Assembly: GCA_965221775.1 (NCBI GenBank)
Contig: CBDCSU010000005.1
Span: 928,001-992,000, forward strand
From: Candidatus Latescibacterota bacterium
GTDB taxonomy: Bacteria > Latescibacterota > UBA2968 > UBA8231
Reading direction: 5' to 3'
DNA: 64,000 nucleotides
Below, piece after piece: positions 19,201 to 27,382 of this stretch. The stretch's first letter is position 1. Each line of letters begins with the position of its first letter. Under the pieces are notes generated by a model. It saw only the letters and a list, made by a program, of their open reading frames with translations. It did no database searches and had not been told where the DNA came from. The position numbers were made by a program, and so were the translations under genes.

Positions 19201-20035
19201 ACCGCTCCGGTCCCACGCCATAGAACAGGATGTGGTCCTCCCCGTCGAAGCGGCCGTCGCCGCCGGACTCCACGACTGACGCCACCGTCCGCAGGGACGG
19301 GCCGGACGGTATGCCGCTGGTTATCCCGATGGCCCAACCGCCGCCGTACAGGAGGCGGATCCGGGCCGGGTCGACGCCCTCGAGATCGGCCCCCGCCTGC
19401 TCCAGGTCAGCAGCCGTCACCCGGTAGATCCCCTCGCCGCGAACCTCGACCCGGAACATCCCGGTCCGGGGAGTCACCGCCGGGGCCGCCGGTCTCGCTG
19501 CCGCGGGCCTCGGCTGCCGCCATCGGCGGGCCTGCTCGTAGTTGAGGATGGTCGCCCGGTAGGATGTCTCGAAGGCGTCCGGCCGGGGCGGCCGGCCCGG
19601 GTCCTGGGCGAACCGGACCTCCACCAGGACGCTGTCGTAGATGACGGCCGACCCGTCCGCGTTCCGACGGGGCCCGAAGGCGAGTGTCACGACCCGCTGG
19701 TGGCGCAGCATCGCCGGGGGCTCCAGGCGTGCAGGGCCGTCCGGCGGCGCGTCCTCCGGCACCTCGGCGAGGGTGGTTGTGCCGGCCTCCCGGGCCGCCA
19801 GAACCTCCAGTTCCGCCTGTCCCTGGAGGGGCACGCCGAGAAGGGCCGAGTCCACGAACCGGTGGAGGGGCGGCGCCGCCAGCGAGTCCGCGAGCCCAGG
19901 TCCCTCGTAGAGGACGCGGGCGAAACCCGGGCCGGCGGCGACGAGGCGAACCTCCGCGGAGAGGGTGGACGCCGCCGCCGCAAGGACCGCGATCCCGAAT
20001 CTTGCCGTTCGGTGACAGAGATGGGGGCGATGCAA
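16256..20035 (-). CDS. porU: PorU-like type IX secretion sortase (C25 gingipain fold), Ser at catalytic Cys position
   Basis: YVIITH, VQDIYDEFSGG, LLGDGTYDYK, YIGHG, YSLFGDAA, LKAWDAFNNSS and own CTD. ORF is open to 20131; TTG 20035 fits the signal peptide better. Confidence 0.85.
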   Translation of the reverse strand: MHRPHLCHRTARFGIAVLAAAASTLSAEVRLVAAGPGFARVLYEGPGLADSLAAPPLHRFVDSALLGVPLQGQAELEVLAAREAGTTTLAEVPEDAPPDGPARLEPPAMLRHQRVVTLAFGPRRNADGSAVIYDSVLVEVRFAQDPGRPPRPDAFETSYRATILNYEQARRWRQPRPAAARPAAPAVTPRTGMFRVEVRGEGIYRVTAADLEQAGADLEGVDPARIRLLYGGGWAIGITSGIPSGPSLRTVASVVESGGDGRFDGEDHILFYGVGPERWVWKTGPGFVWQKNPYTKDNVYWIDLYGDVDGLRASEGSGPGGAPFAVVDRYRVRLHEEDDHLIAFQLNGASSGYEWFWEEFAGNARNFTFVVDDALPEIPVLARVHFKGSKNTSQAFELRWNGDNLGRFSFRTSRPHTIEVRADEAQEGLNQLGLFHRSSAPIRLDWYEVEYVRRLKALGGEIRFNGPGRGDGAGGNAQAGSVLEFRVEGFPAADGAPRVFEVSRGMRELGGLEHAADGVLTFRDWAARPQPRRYIALQPGRWKRPAAVVRDVQTPRGPEGAEYVIITHAEFASAARRLADWRAEDDRFGPPLKTMVVDVQDIYDEFSGGLLDPAAIRIFLAQAVRRWPVPPVYVTLLGDGTYDYKNNSGLSHTNWIPPFQDGPSTYDEWYARVEGIDRIPDLAVSRIPVQSAAEADGVVDKILRYDQTPEPGPWQTRILLVADDVSNPEFPQRKESFFVHDAERVARNGMPSDLDMTKFYIGAYPLEGRTKPQAREEFLRLFNEGALILTYIGHGHPEVLAHEHLFLLNRDVGRIDNGGRLPFVYTAASAVGVFDDPAQDSMPEAFLKMPDRGVIGFISATRVGYHSSNMVLALQFHHQMYHSGREHVPLGLALMEAKQVHVSDLWRTNIQRYSLFGDAAQRLARPRVGVALDLPDSMEALMELEVRGTVVDAEGRPKTDHEGHALVRLFDSSAQSLIEGISYEKLGAPLFRGLVPVEGGRFQTRLRIPKDITYRASQGRASAYVTSSNGAPPAFGARSGLALSGTASDVVADEEGPVIELAFAGKPRFRSGDRISRRPVLAARLADPSGINITGETGHEIELWVDEAVTAVTRFYTSLGDHRQGILEYPLGELEPGDHTVRLKAWDAFNNSSIAEADLVVTEGADTALDEVLFHPNPTSDGSGHFTYVLAAPAESVDIRVYALSGREVDRLEGGVEEGFNQVPWSPPELAGGTYLFRVSARLGEGSPREADGRIQVAP

Positions 20036-20155
20036 CCGCAGGTGAGCGCTCTCGAGTCGGTTCAGCCGGTGGGGACCTTCTTGGGCTTCAGATAGAGAAG
20101 CCTGAGAAGCATGAGAAGTTCCCTCTGCCACCCTGGACTGTCAAGGCCTGCCGGG

Positions 20156-20184
20156 TTGACCTATCTCCTTGTGATTTCTATCAT
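20156..20184 (+). promoter_or_regulatory. Sigma70-type promoter for rpmB
   Basis: TTGACC (20156-20161), 17 nt, TATCAT (20179-20184) in an AT-rich intergenic stretch. Confidence 0.65.
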
Positions 20185-20217
20185 TTTGCGTTTCCACTCC
20201 GCTGATGGAAGGTGACG

Positions 20218-20445
20218 ATGGCCAGGGTCTGTCAGGTCTCCGGCAAACGCCGAATGGCGGGCAACAACGTCAGCCACTCGCAACGCAAGACCAAGCGCGT
20301 TCAGCGCCCCAATCTCATCAAGAAGCGCATCTACATCCCCGAGGAAGGCCGCACGGTCACCCTCCGGCTGTCGGCGCGGGCCCTTCGCACCATGAACAAG
20401 AAGGGTGTCCTCAAGTACCTCAAGGAGCAGGGCGTCCGGGTCTGA
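20218..20445 (+). CDS. rpmB: 50S ribosomal protein L28
   Basis: MARVCQVSGKR.MAGNNVSHSQRKTKR..RPNL; GGAAGG RBS. Confidence 0.97.
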   Translation: MARVCQVSGKRRMAGNNVSHSQRKTKRVQRPNLIKKRIYIPEEGRTVTLRLSARALRTMNKKGVLKYLKEQGVRV

Positions 20446-20458
20446 GCGGGGATTCGCA

Positions 20459-21706
20459 GTGACCACCGCGTCCGCCTCGGCCGCCGGACCCGCCCTCCTC
20501 GGCGGCGCCCCCCTCCGATCCGATCCGTTCCCGTCCTGGCCCGTCTTCGGCGCCGAGGACGAGTCCGCGATCCTCGAGGTCCTGCGCTCCGGGAGCTGGT
20601 TTCTCGGCGACCGCGTCGCCGAGATCGAGCGCCGGTTCCCTCGCTTCCACCAGGCACGGCACGGAATCGCCGTCAGCAGCGGCACGGCGGCCCTGCAGGT
20701 GGCCCTGGAGGCCGCCGGCGTCCGCCTCGGGGACGAGGTGATCGTCCCCTCCTACACCTTCGTCGCCACCGCCGCCTCCGTCGCCCTCGTGGGGGCGGTG
20801 CCCGTCTTCGTCGACGTCGACCCCGCCACATACTGCATCGATCCGGACTCCGTCGAAGCCGCTGTCACGGAGCGTACCCGCGCCGTCGTCGCCGTCCACT
20901 TCGCCGGCCAGCCGGCCGACCTCGACGCCTTGGCCCGGCACTGCCGGTCCCGCGGCATCGTTCTGATCGAGGATGCCGCGCAGGCGCACTGCGCCGAGTG
21001 GCGAAACCGCCGCGTCGGCGCCATCGGCGATCTCGGCACCTTCAGCTTCCAGGCCAGCAAGAATCTCAACGCCGGCGAGGGCGGCTTCATCCTCAGCGAC
21101 GACGACGATCTGGCCGAGGCCGCCTGGTCGATCCACAACTGCGGGCGCACCCGCACCGGCGCCTGGTACGAGCATGCCCTCGTGGGGGGCAACTACCGCA
21201 TGTCCGAGTTCCAGGCGGCCCTGCTCCTCAGCCAGATGCGCAACCTCGAGGACCAGAGCCTGCTGCGATCCCGCAACGCGGCCCTCCTGGCCGAGCGGCT
21301 GTCCGAGATCGAGGGGATCCGCCCCCTCGACGTGGACGCGCGCGTCAGCCGCCACGCCTACCACTTGTTCGTCTTCCGTTACGACCCAGCCGCCTTCGCC
21401 GGCGTGTCCAGGGAGCGCTTCCTGGAAGCCCTGAGCGCCGAGGGCATCCCCTGCGCCTCCGGGTACAGACCTCTCTACCGCGAGCCGGCCTTCCAGGCCC
21501 GCTTCCGCGATTACCCTCTGGACTCCCCCGCCTTCGGCGGACGCCCGGACTACTCCACCGTGAACCACCCCGTCACGGAGCGCATCTGCGCCGAGGAGGC
21601 GGTCTGGCTCACCCAGAACCTGCTCCTCGGCAGCGAGGAGGACACGGCCGGCATCGCCGAGGCGGTCGCCAAGATCCAGCAGCACGCCCACCGGCTGGCC
21701 GACTAG
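20459..21706 (+). CDS. DegT/DnrJ/EryC1/StrS-family PLP aminotransferase
   Basis: SSGTAAL, PSYTFVATA, IEDAAQAH, FSFQASKNLNAGEGG, GGNYRMSE. Confidence 0.92.
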   Translation: MTTASASAAGPALLGGAPLRSDPFPSWPVFGAEDESAILEVLRSGSWFLGDRVAEIERRFPRFHQARHGIAVSSGTAALQVALEAAGVRLGDEVIVPSYTFVATAASVALVGAVPVFVDVDPATYCIDPDSVEAAVTERTRAVVAVHFAGQPADLDALARHCRSRGIVLIEDAAQAHCAEWRNRRVGAIGDLGTFSFQASKNLNAGEGGFILSDDDDLAEAAWSIHNCGRTRTGAWYEHALVGGNYRMSEFQAALLLSQMRNLEDQSLLRSRNAALLAERLSEIEGIRPLDVDARVSRHAYHLFVFRYDPAAFAGVSRERFLEALSAEGIPCASGYRPLYREPAFQARFRDYPLDSPAFGGRPDYSTVNHPVTERICAEEAVWLTQNLLLGSEEDTAGIAEAVAKIQQHAHRLAD

Positions 21707-21723
21707 GCGGCGCTCTCCACGGC

Positions 21724-22029
21724 CTACCGGGTCAGCCTCTCGATCTCGTGCTGCACCCGTTCCTCCCGGATCTGGTCGATCACCTCCTGGAAGGACTTCG
21801 CCGTACCGCTCACCACGAGCCTCTCGATGGCGTGGACCTCATCCTCGGTGTACCACCCCGAGTCCCTTACGCGCGCCACGTACGCGAGTCGGTCCTCGAT
21901 GGGGAGACGGGCGATGGCTCCCAGCCTCTCGAACAGCTTGTACGCCGCCTCGCTCTCGAGGCAGCGTTCGACGACGGCGGCGAGCCTCTCCTCGCGGCCG
22001 GGCGTCTGCGGGGTATCGATCGTTTCCAC
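21724..22029 (-). CDS. Hypothetical helical protein (101 aa)
   Basis: GAGAGGA RBS before GTG 22029, charged helical composition, genome-typical codon use. Confidence 0.7.
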   Translation of the reverse strand: METIDTPQTPGREERLAAVVERCLESEAAYKLFERLGAIARLPIEDRLAYVARVRDSGWYTEDEVHAIERLVVSGTAKSFQEVIDQIREERVQHEIERLTR

Positions 22030-22079
22030 GGTCGTCCTCTCTTCGACAGGGGTCCGAAGGACTGGCTCCCTGGCTCCCA

Positions 22080-22095
22080 TGCAATGCCCGGGCCG
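22080..22095 (-). promoter_or_regulatory. Candidate sigma54 (-24/-12) promoter
   Basis: Minus strand reads CGGCCC-GGGCA-TTGCA (GG-N10-GC), 50 nt upstream of the 22029 start. Confidence 0.55.
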
Positions 22096-22311
22096 GACCG
22101 TGGAAAAGCCCGTGAGAGAGTGCCGCAAGTACCATATTTTACTGCCCCTTGGAGACACTTCCCCCGAGAGGGTATGGCAGGGCTCGAGGTGGGCCGGACC
22201 GGAACAATCCGGACCTCGAGGGGAAGGAATTTCCCCCCGGGGCCGGCTGTCCGGATCGCTGGCCCCCCGCTATCTTCTGGTGCCCCGAGCCCGGACCTGG
22301 AGCGGTGAGAG

Positions 22312-22599
22312 ATGATCGACAAGGAACTGCTGGAGATCCTCGCCTGTCCCGAGACGAAGGAGCCGATCCACGTGGCCGATCAGGCCCTGGTGGATGAGGT
22401 CAACGCCCGGATCGAACGCGGCGAGCTGACCAATCGGGGAGGATCGAAGGTCGAACGGAAGATCGACGGAGGCTTGGTGCGGGAGGACCGGAGGTACCTC
22501 TACCCGATCGAGGACGAGATCCCCATCATGCTGATCGACGAGGCGATCCCGCTCGAGGGGATCGAGCAGGGCCAGGGGGACGCTCCCGGCCAGCCCTGA
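22312..22599 (+). CDS. Trm112/UPF0434-family protein
   Basis: MIDKELLEILACP...YPIEDEIPIMLIDEAI. Confidence 0.9.
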   Translation: MIDKELLEILACPETKEPIHVADQALVDEVNARIERGELTNRGGSKVERKIDGGLVREDRRYLYPIEDEIPIMLIDEAIPLEGIEQGQGDAPGQP

Positions 22600-22640
22600 C
22601 GCCGCCCCGTCCGGGCGGCTCCGATCCCTGCCGATGGACG

Positions 22641-22673
22641 AAAGGCGCCCGCAGCTGATCTGCAGGCGCCTTT
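22641..22673. terminator. Hairpin between convergent Trm112 gene and tRNA; probable bidirectional terminator
   Basis: AAAGGCGCC-CGCAG-ctgat-CTGCA-GGCGCCTTT inverted repeat. Confidence 0.6.
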
Positions 22674-22681
22674 CTCATGAG

Positions 22682-22766
22682 TGGTGCGGAAGCGGGGATT
22701 CGAACCCCGACGCCCGAAGGCACTGCCCCCTCAAGACAGCGTGTCTACCAATTTCACCACTTCCGC
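22682..22766 (-). tRNA. tRNA-Leu (GAG)
   Basis: GCGGAAG acceptor stem, CTGTC-TT-GAG-GG-GGCAG anticodon arm, long variable arm, GGTTCGAATCC T-arm, encoded CCA; typical position after secG. Confidence 0.96.
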
Positions 22767-22769
22767 AAG

Positions 22770-23135
22770 CTATTGTGGGAGGGCCGCATCCGACTCTTCC
22801 GGCTGATCCCCCTCCTGCGGCTGATAGGGGGTGGGAGCGACCGGCGCCGCCCCTTCCTCCGCCTGCAGCAGACGCTCGCTCGCCGTCGTCGGGAGTCCCT
22901 CGTCCTCGTCGTAGGCCACGGCCAGGGCGAGACACAGAAGCAGGAAGCCTGCGGCCAGGTAGGTCGTCGTCTTGGTGAGGAAGGTGCTCGCCGCCCGGCC
23001 CCCGAGGACGGAGGAGGAGCTCAGGCCGCCGCCCACGGATGCGGCCAGGCCGCCGCCCTTGCCGGACTGGAGCAGCACGGCGACGACCAGCAGAATGCAG
23101 ACGAGGATGTGGAGGATGGTCAGCAGGATGGTCAT
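22770..23135 (-). CDS. secG: Preprotein translocase subunit SecG
   Basis: LLVVAVLLQSGKGGGL...FLTKTT, two TM helices; tpiA-secG-tRNA-Leu synteny. Confidence 0.95.
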   Translation of the reverse strand: MTILLTILHILVCILLVVAVLLQSGKGGGLAASVGGGLSSSSVLGGRAASTFLTKTTTYLAAGFLLLCLALAVAYDEDEGLPTTASERLLQAEEGAAPVAPTPYQPQEGDQPEESDAALPQ

Positions 23136-23150
23136 GGCTGGCTCTGCTTC

Positions 23151-23921
23151 TCAGGTAGCGGCGCGGACGATGGCGGCGAAATCTCCGGCCCGCAGGGAGG
23201 CGCCGCCGATCAAGCCTCCGTCGATGTCGGCCTGACCGAACAACTCGGCGGCATTCTCGGGCTTGACGCTGCCTCCGTAGAGGATGCGGACGGCGTCGGC
23301 CGCCTCGCCGAATCTCTCGCGCAGGCGGTCACGGATCAGAGCGTGAACGCTCTGGGCCTCCTCGGGGGTGGCGGTGCGGCCCGTGCCGATCGCCCAGACC
23401 GGCTCGTAGGCCACGGCGACCGGAAGCACTTCCTCGGCAGCAAGCCCGTCGAGGCCCCGGTCCAACTGGCCCAGCACGGTGCTCTCCGCCTGACCGGCGT
23501 CGCGCTGACCGAGGGTTTCGCCGATGCAGAAGATCGGCTTGAGACCGCTTGCGAGGGCAGCCCGTGTACGCTGGTTCACGCCCTCGTCGGTCTCTCCGAA
23601 CAGCTGCCGCCGCTCAGAATGGCCTAGTATAACCCATTGGCACGCAAGGGTCAACAGCATCCCGGGGGAGACCTCGCCGGTGTAGGCGCCGCTCTCCTCC
23701 CAGTGCGAGTTCTGGGCCCCCAGGCCGACCGCTCCGTCCTCCAGCACGGCGGCGACGGCCGCCAGGCCGGGGTACGGCGGGCACAGGACGACGTCGACGG
23801 AACCGGTCTCCTCGCGGATTTGCGGAAGCAGCTCGCGAGCCAGGGCGGCGCCCTCCTGCGGCAGCAGGTTCATCTTCCAGTTGGCGGCGACGAGAGGCCG
23901 TCTCGGCATCGACCGCGTCAT
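23151..23921 (-). CDS. tpiA: Triosephosphate isomerase
   Basis: AANWKMN, GHSERR, AYEPVWAIGTG, YGGSV, GGASL. Confidence 0.98.
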   Translation of the reverse strand: MTRSMPRRPLVAANWKMNLLPQEGAALARELLPQIREETGSVDVVLCPPYPGLAAVAAVLEDGAVGLGAQNSHWEESGAYTGEVSPGMLLTLACQWVILGHSERRQLFGETDEGVNQRTRAALASGLKPIFCIGETLGQRDAGQAESTVLGQLDRGLDGLAAEEVLPVAVAYEPVWAIGTGRTATPEEAQSVHALIRDRLRERFGEAADAVRILYGGSVKPENAAELFGQADIDGGLIGGASLRAGDFAAIVRAAT

Positions 23922-25114
23922 CCCCCCTCGTCGAGGGCCTCGACCCCCGGCAGGACCCGGCCGCCCAGGGCTTCGAGGGAGGCCCCGCCGCCGGTGGAGA
24001 TGTGGGACATGCGCTTGGCGGCTCCGGCCTTGTCCACCGCCGCGGCGGTGTCGCCGCCGCCGATGATGCTCACCGCCCCCGACTCCCAGGTGACCTGCTC
24101 CAGGGCCTGGGCCACGGCCGTGGTGCCGGCGGCGAAGTCGTCGATCTCGAAGACGCCGAGGGGGCCGTTCCAGAGGATGGTCCCGGCCTGGCTGAGGTGC
24201 TCGATGAAGCGCTCCCGGGTCCGGGGCCCGATGTCGACGCCGGCGCGGTCTCCGGGGATGGCGTCGACAGGGACGGCCTCGTGCTCGGCCCCCGGGGCCA
24301 CCTTGCGGGCGACGACGATGTCCTCGGGCAGGATCAGCCTGTCGCCGGCCTTGGCCAGCAGGTCGGCGGCCACCGACACCGACTCCTCGTCACACAGGGA
24401 CTCGCCGATCTCCTGCCCGCGCGCCTTCAGGAAGGTGTAGGACATGCCGCCGCCGATGAGCAGGGCGTCGACCTTGCCGAGGAGGTTCTCGATCACCTCG
24501 ATCTTGTCCGCCACCTTGGCGCCGCCGAGGATGGCGACGAAGGGGCGCGCCGGTTCGGAGAGGGCCTCCTGCAGGTACCGGAGCTCCTTTTTCATCAGGT
24601 AGCCGGCGACACTGTGGTCCACGTGCCGGGTGATGCCCTCCGTCGAGGCGTGGGCGCGGTGGGCGGCTCCGAAGGCGTCGTTGACGTAGATGCCGTCGCC
24701 GAGGTCGGCCAGTTGCCGGGCGAAATCGCCGTCGTTGGCCTCCTCCCCGGGGTGGAAGCGCAGGTTCTCCAGAAGCAGCACGCTGCCCGGTCTCACCTCC
24801 GAGGCCAGGGCCGCCGTCTCTTCGCCGATGCAGTCGGGCGCCAGGTGCACGCTGGTGCCCAGATGCCGGTGCAGGTCCTGGGCGATCGGTTCCAGGGAGA
24901 GGCCGGACCGGACCTGGCCGCGGGGCCGGCCGAGGTGCGACATGAGCACCAGGGAGGAGCCCTTCTCGAGCAGCTGCCACAAGGAGGGCAGGGCGGCGAG
25001 GACCCGCCGGTCGTCGATGATCTGCCCGTCGCCGTCGAGAGGGACGTTGAAGTCCTCGCGCACCAGCACGCGCTTCCCCGCCACATCGATGTCGTCTATC
25101 GTCCGCTTGGCCAT
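23918..25114 (-). CDS. pgk: Phosphoglycerate kinase
   Basis: [49 protein letters not shown]. Confidence 0.98.
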   Translation of the reverse strand: MAKRTIDDIDVAGKRVLVREDFNVPLDGDGQIIDDRRVLAALPSLWQLLEKGSSLVLMSHLGRPRGQVRSGLSLEPIAQDLHRHLGTSVHLAPDCIGEETAALASEVRPGSVLLLENLRFHPGEEANDGDFARQLADLGDGIYVNDAFGAAHRAHASTEGITRHVDHSVAGYLMKKELRYLQEALSEPARPFVAILGGAKVADKIEVIENLLGKVDALLIGGGMSYTFLKARGQEIGESLCDEESVSVAADLLAKAGDRLILPEDIVVARKVAPGAEHEAVPVDAIPGDRAGVDIGPRTRERFIEHLSQAGTILWNGPLGVFEIDDFAAGTTAVAQALEQVTWESGAVSIIGGGDTAAAVDKAGAAKRMSHISTGGGASLEALGGRVLPGVEALDEGG

Positions 25115-25133
25115 GTCACATGGCTCCTTCCGG

Positions 25134-26171
25134 TCACCCGAAGAATACGCGCGAGATGTCGTACAGCTCCTGCCCCACCCTCTTCAGCTCACCGACCCCC
25201 TTCTCCAGAGGCAGAGTGACGATCTCGTCGCCCTGGAGTGCGACCATCCTGCCCCAGTCGCCGGCGCGAACCAGGTCGATGGCGGCGATGCCGTAGCGCG
25301 TACCGAGGACGCGGTCGAAAGCGGTGGGAGTCCCGCCGCGCTGCAGGTGCCCGAGGACGATGACGCGCGTCTCGAAGCCGGTCTCCTTCTCGATCACGTC
25401 CCCCACGAGCTGTCCGACGCCGCCCAGCTTGACATGGCCGAACTCGTCGGTACCCCCCTCCTGCACGGTGTACTCGCCGCCGCCGAACTTCACCCCTTCG
25501 GCGACGACGACGATGCTGAAGTCCTTGCCGCGGTCGTGGCGCATCTTGATGGTGTCGACCATCTCCTGTATCGACGTGCTCTGCTCCGGTATCAGGATCA
25601 GGTCGGCGCCCCCGGCGATGCCGGCGTAGGTGGCGATCCATCCCGAGTGCCGGCCCATCACCTCGACGACCATCACCCGGTTGTGGGACTCGGCCGTCGT
25701 GTGGATGCGATCCAGGGCTTCGGTGACGATGTTGATGGCCGTGTCGAAGCCGAAGGTGTAGTCGGTGTTGGAGATGTCGTTGTCGATCGTCTTGGGCACG
25801 CCCACCACGGGGGCGCCGGCGGCGGCCAGCTTGAGGGCCACGCTGAGGGTGTCGTCGCCGCCGATGGCGATCAGGGCGTCGAGCTTCATGCGCTTCATGT
25901 TCTCGAGGACGATGTCGCCGCCGTCGGGGACCTTGTAGGGGTTGGTTCGCGAGGTCCCCAGGATCGTGCCGCCCTTTGGCAGGATGCCGGAGACCTCCTC
26001 GTGGCCCAGGGGCTCCCACAGGCACTCCAGCATGCCCTTCCAGCCCTTCTCGACCCCGCGGAACCGGTATCCGTAGTGGGAGATCCCCTTGCGGACGGCC
26101 GCCCGGATGACCGCGTTCAGTCCCGGGCAGTCGCCGCCGCCGGTGAGGATGCCGACTGTCTTGATGGTCAT
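25134..26171 (-). CDS. pfkA: 6-phosphofructokinase, PfkA superfamily (short group III-type; ATP or PPi dependent)
   Basis: GGGDCPGLN, GGTILGTSR, GGDDT, PKTIDND, EVMGRHSG, LGHLQRGG; ATG at 26171. Confidence 0.93.
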   Translation of the reverse strand: MTIKTVGILTGGGDCPGLNAVIRAAVRKGISHYGYRFRGVEKGWKGMLECLWEPLGHEEVSGILPKGGTILGTSRTNPYKVPDGGDIVLENMKRMKLDALIAIGGDDTLSVALKLAAAGAPVVGVPKTIDNDISNTDYTFGFDTAINIVTEALDRIHTTAESHNRVMVVEVMGRHSGWIATYAGIAGGADLILIPEQSTSIQEMVDTIKMRHDRGKDFSIVVVAEGVKFGGGEYTVQEGGTDEFGHVKLGGVGQLVGDVIEKETGFETRVIVLGHLQRGGTPTAFDRVLGTRYGIAAIDLVRAGDWGRMVALQGDEIVTLPLEKGVGELKRVGQELYDISRVFFG

Positions 26172-26296
26172 CTTCCTGGCCTGCGGAGGGGTTCCATCGG
26201 CAGATCGCGGCCCCGGAGGCCGGGAAGCGCGCGGCCCCGGCTCTCGGGGCCGCGGCCGCCGCCGGGGCAAATGCACAAAGCTAGGTTCCCCGGAGG

Positions 26297-27073
26297 TCAG
26301 GTCAACGACGGCCGGCGAAAGGGGCCCGCCACGGCGACCGCCCGGACCTCGGCACCGGGGGCGGCTTCGGCCAGGACGGCGGCGCAGGCGGACAAGGTCG
26401 AGCCCGTGGTGAGCACGTCGTCCACCAGGCCGATGATGCGCGGGGAGCCCGCCGCCGGACCCGCGGGGGCGAAGGCTCCGGCCAGGTTGCCGGCCCGGTC
26501 CGCGGCCTCCAGGCGCGCCTGCTGGCGGGTCGGCCGGACCCGGCGTACCAGGTCCCCGCGGACCGGCACGCCGAGGGCCTCGGCGGCCCCCCGGGCGATC
26601 AGATCGGCCTGGTTGAAGCCGCGCTCCCGCTGCCGCGCCGGGTGCAGGGGCACGGGTACCATCAGATCCAGGTCGGACAAGGCCCCGGCGGTCTCCGGGG
26701 CGGTCGCCAGCAGACGGCCGAGGAGGGGTCCGATCCTCCGGATCCCGCTGAACTTGAGAGCGTGGACGGCGGACTGGGCGGGACCCTCCAGGTCGGTGAG
26801 CACCACCGCCCGCGAGAAGTCCACCTCGCGCCAGCCGGCACAGTTCGGGCACTCCGGCCCGGAGGAGCCGCTCTCCTGCCGCGGCGAGGCTTGCGGGGCC
26901 CCGCAGCGCAGGCACCGCGGCCCGAGGGGCTCCTGGAGGTCGGCGATGCAGCCGCCGCAGAGGGCCTCGCGGTCCCCCGGGGCCTGCCACGACTCGCAGG
27001 CCGGACAGTGGGGGGGATAGACGAAATCGAGAAGGACGGCCAGGAGGCCGGAGATCCGGGTGCCGGGGGACAC
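26297..27073 (-). CDS. ComF-family protein (double zinc ribbon plus phosphoribosyltransferase domain)
   Basis: YPPHCPAC...LCGGC...CLRC...CPNC, PVPLH..R..ERGFNQA, LVDDVLTTGST. Confidence 0.9.
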   Translation of the reverse strand: MSPGTRISGLLAVLLDFVYPPHCPACESWQAPGDREALCGGCIADLQEPLGPRCLRCGAPQASPRQESGSSGPECPNCAGWREVDFSRAVVLTDLEGPAQSAVHALKFSGIRRIGPLLGRLLATAPETAGALSDLDLMVPVPLHPARQRERGFNQADLIARGAAEALGVPVRGDLVRRVRPTRQQARLEAADRAGNLAGAFAPAGPAAGSPRIIGLVDDVLTTGSTLSACAAVLAEAAPGAEVRAVAVAGPFRRPSLT

Positions 27074-27382
27074 GTTTGCGGCTCCTGGAGGTGACGGTGG
27101 GATGGGGGCTCCCTGCCCCGAGGTAGACGGGCCCGCAAGAGCCGTGCCCGTCGCCGCGCCGGGCGCCGGGGACTTCCGCCCTGGCGGGTCGCCCCTGTCT
27201 CCCGGGTTCGCTATACTCCGCCGCCCGATGCCCCCAAGACCGCCGATGTCCGGGGCCGCCTTCCTCGGAACCACCTCCCGGAGAACCCCATCCACGGCTT
27301 CAGGGAACTTCCCACCGATTCCGACAGCCTGACCCTGATCGCCGCCCCGGAGGGCCGGCCGGGGGCGGACTTCGCAGGCGAC

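Noticed and set aside
22600-22770. tRNA-Leu as a possible integration site
   Set aside because: No integrase, no duplicated tRNA 3' end seen, and flanking genes are housekeeping.
23638-23653. TGGCACGCAAG inside tpiA, matching the start of the sigma54 site at 50.7 kb
   Set aside because: Lacks the TTGC -12 element and lies antisense within a coding region.
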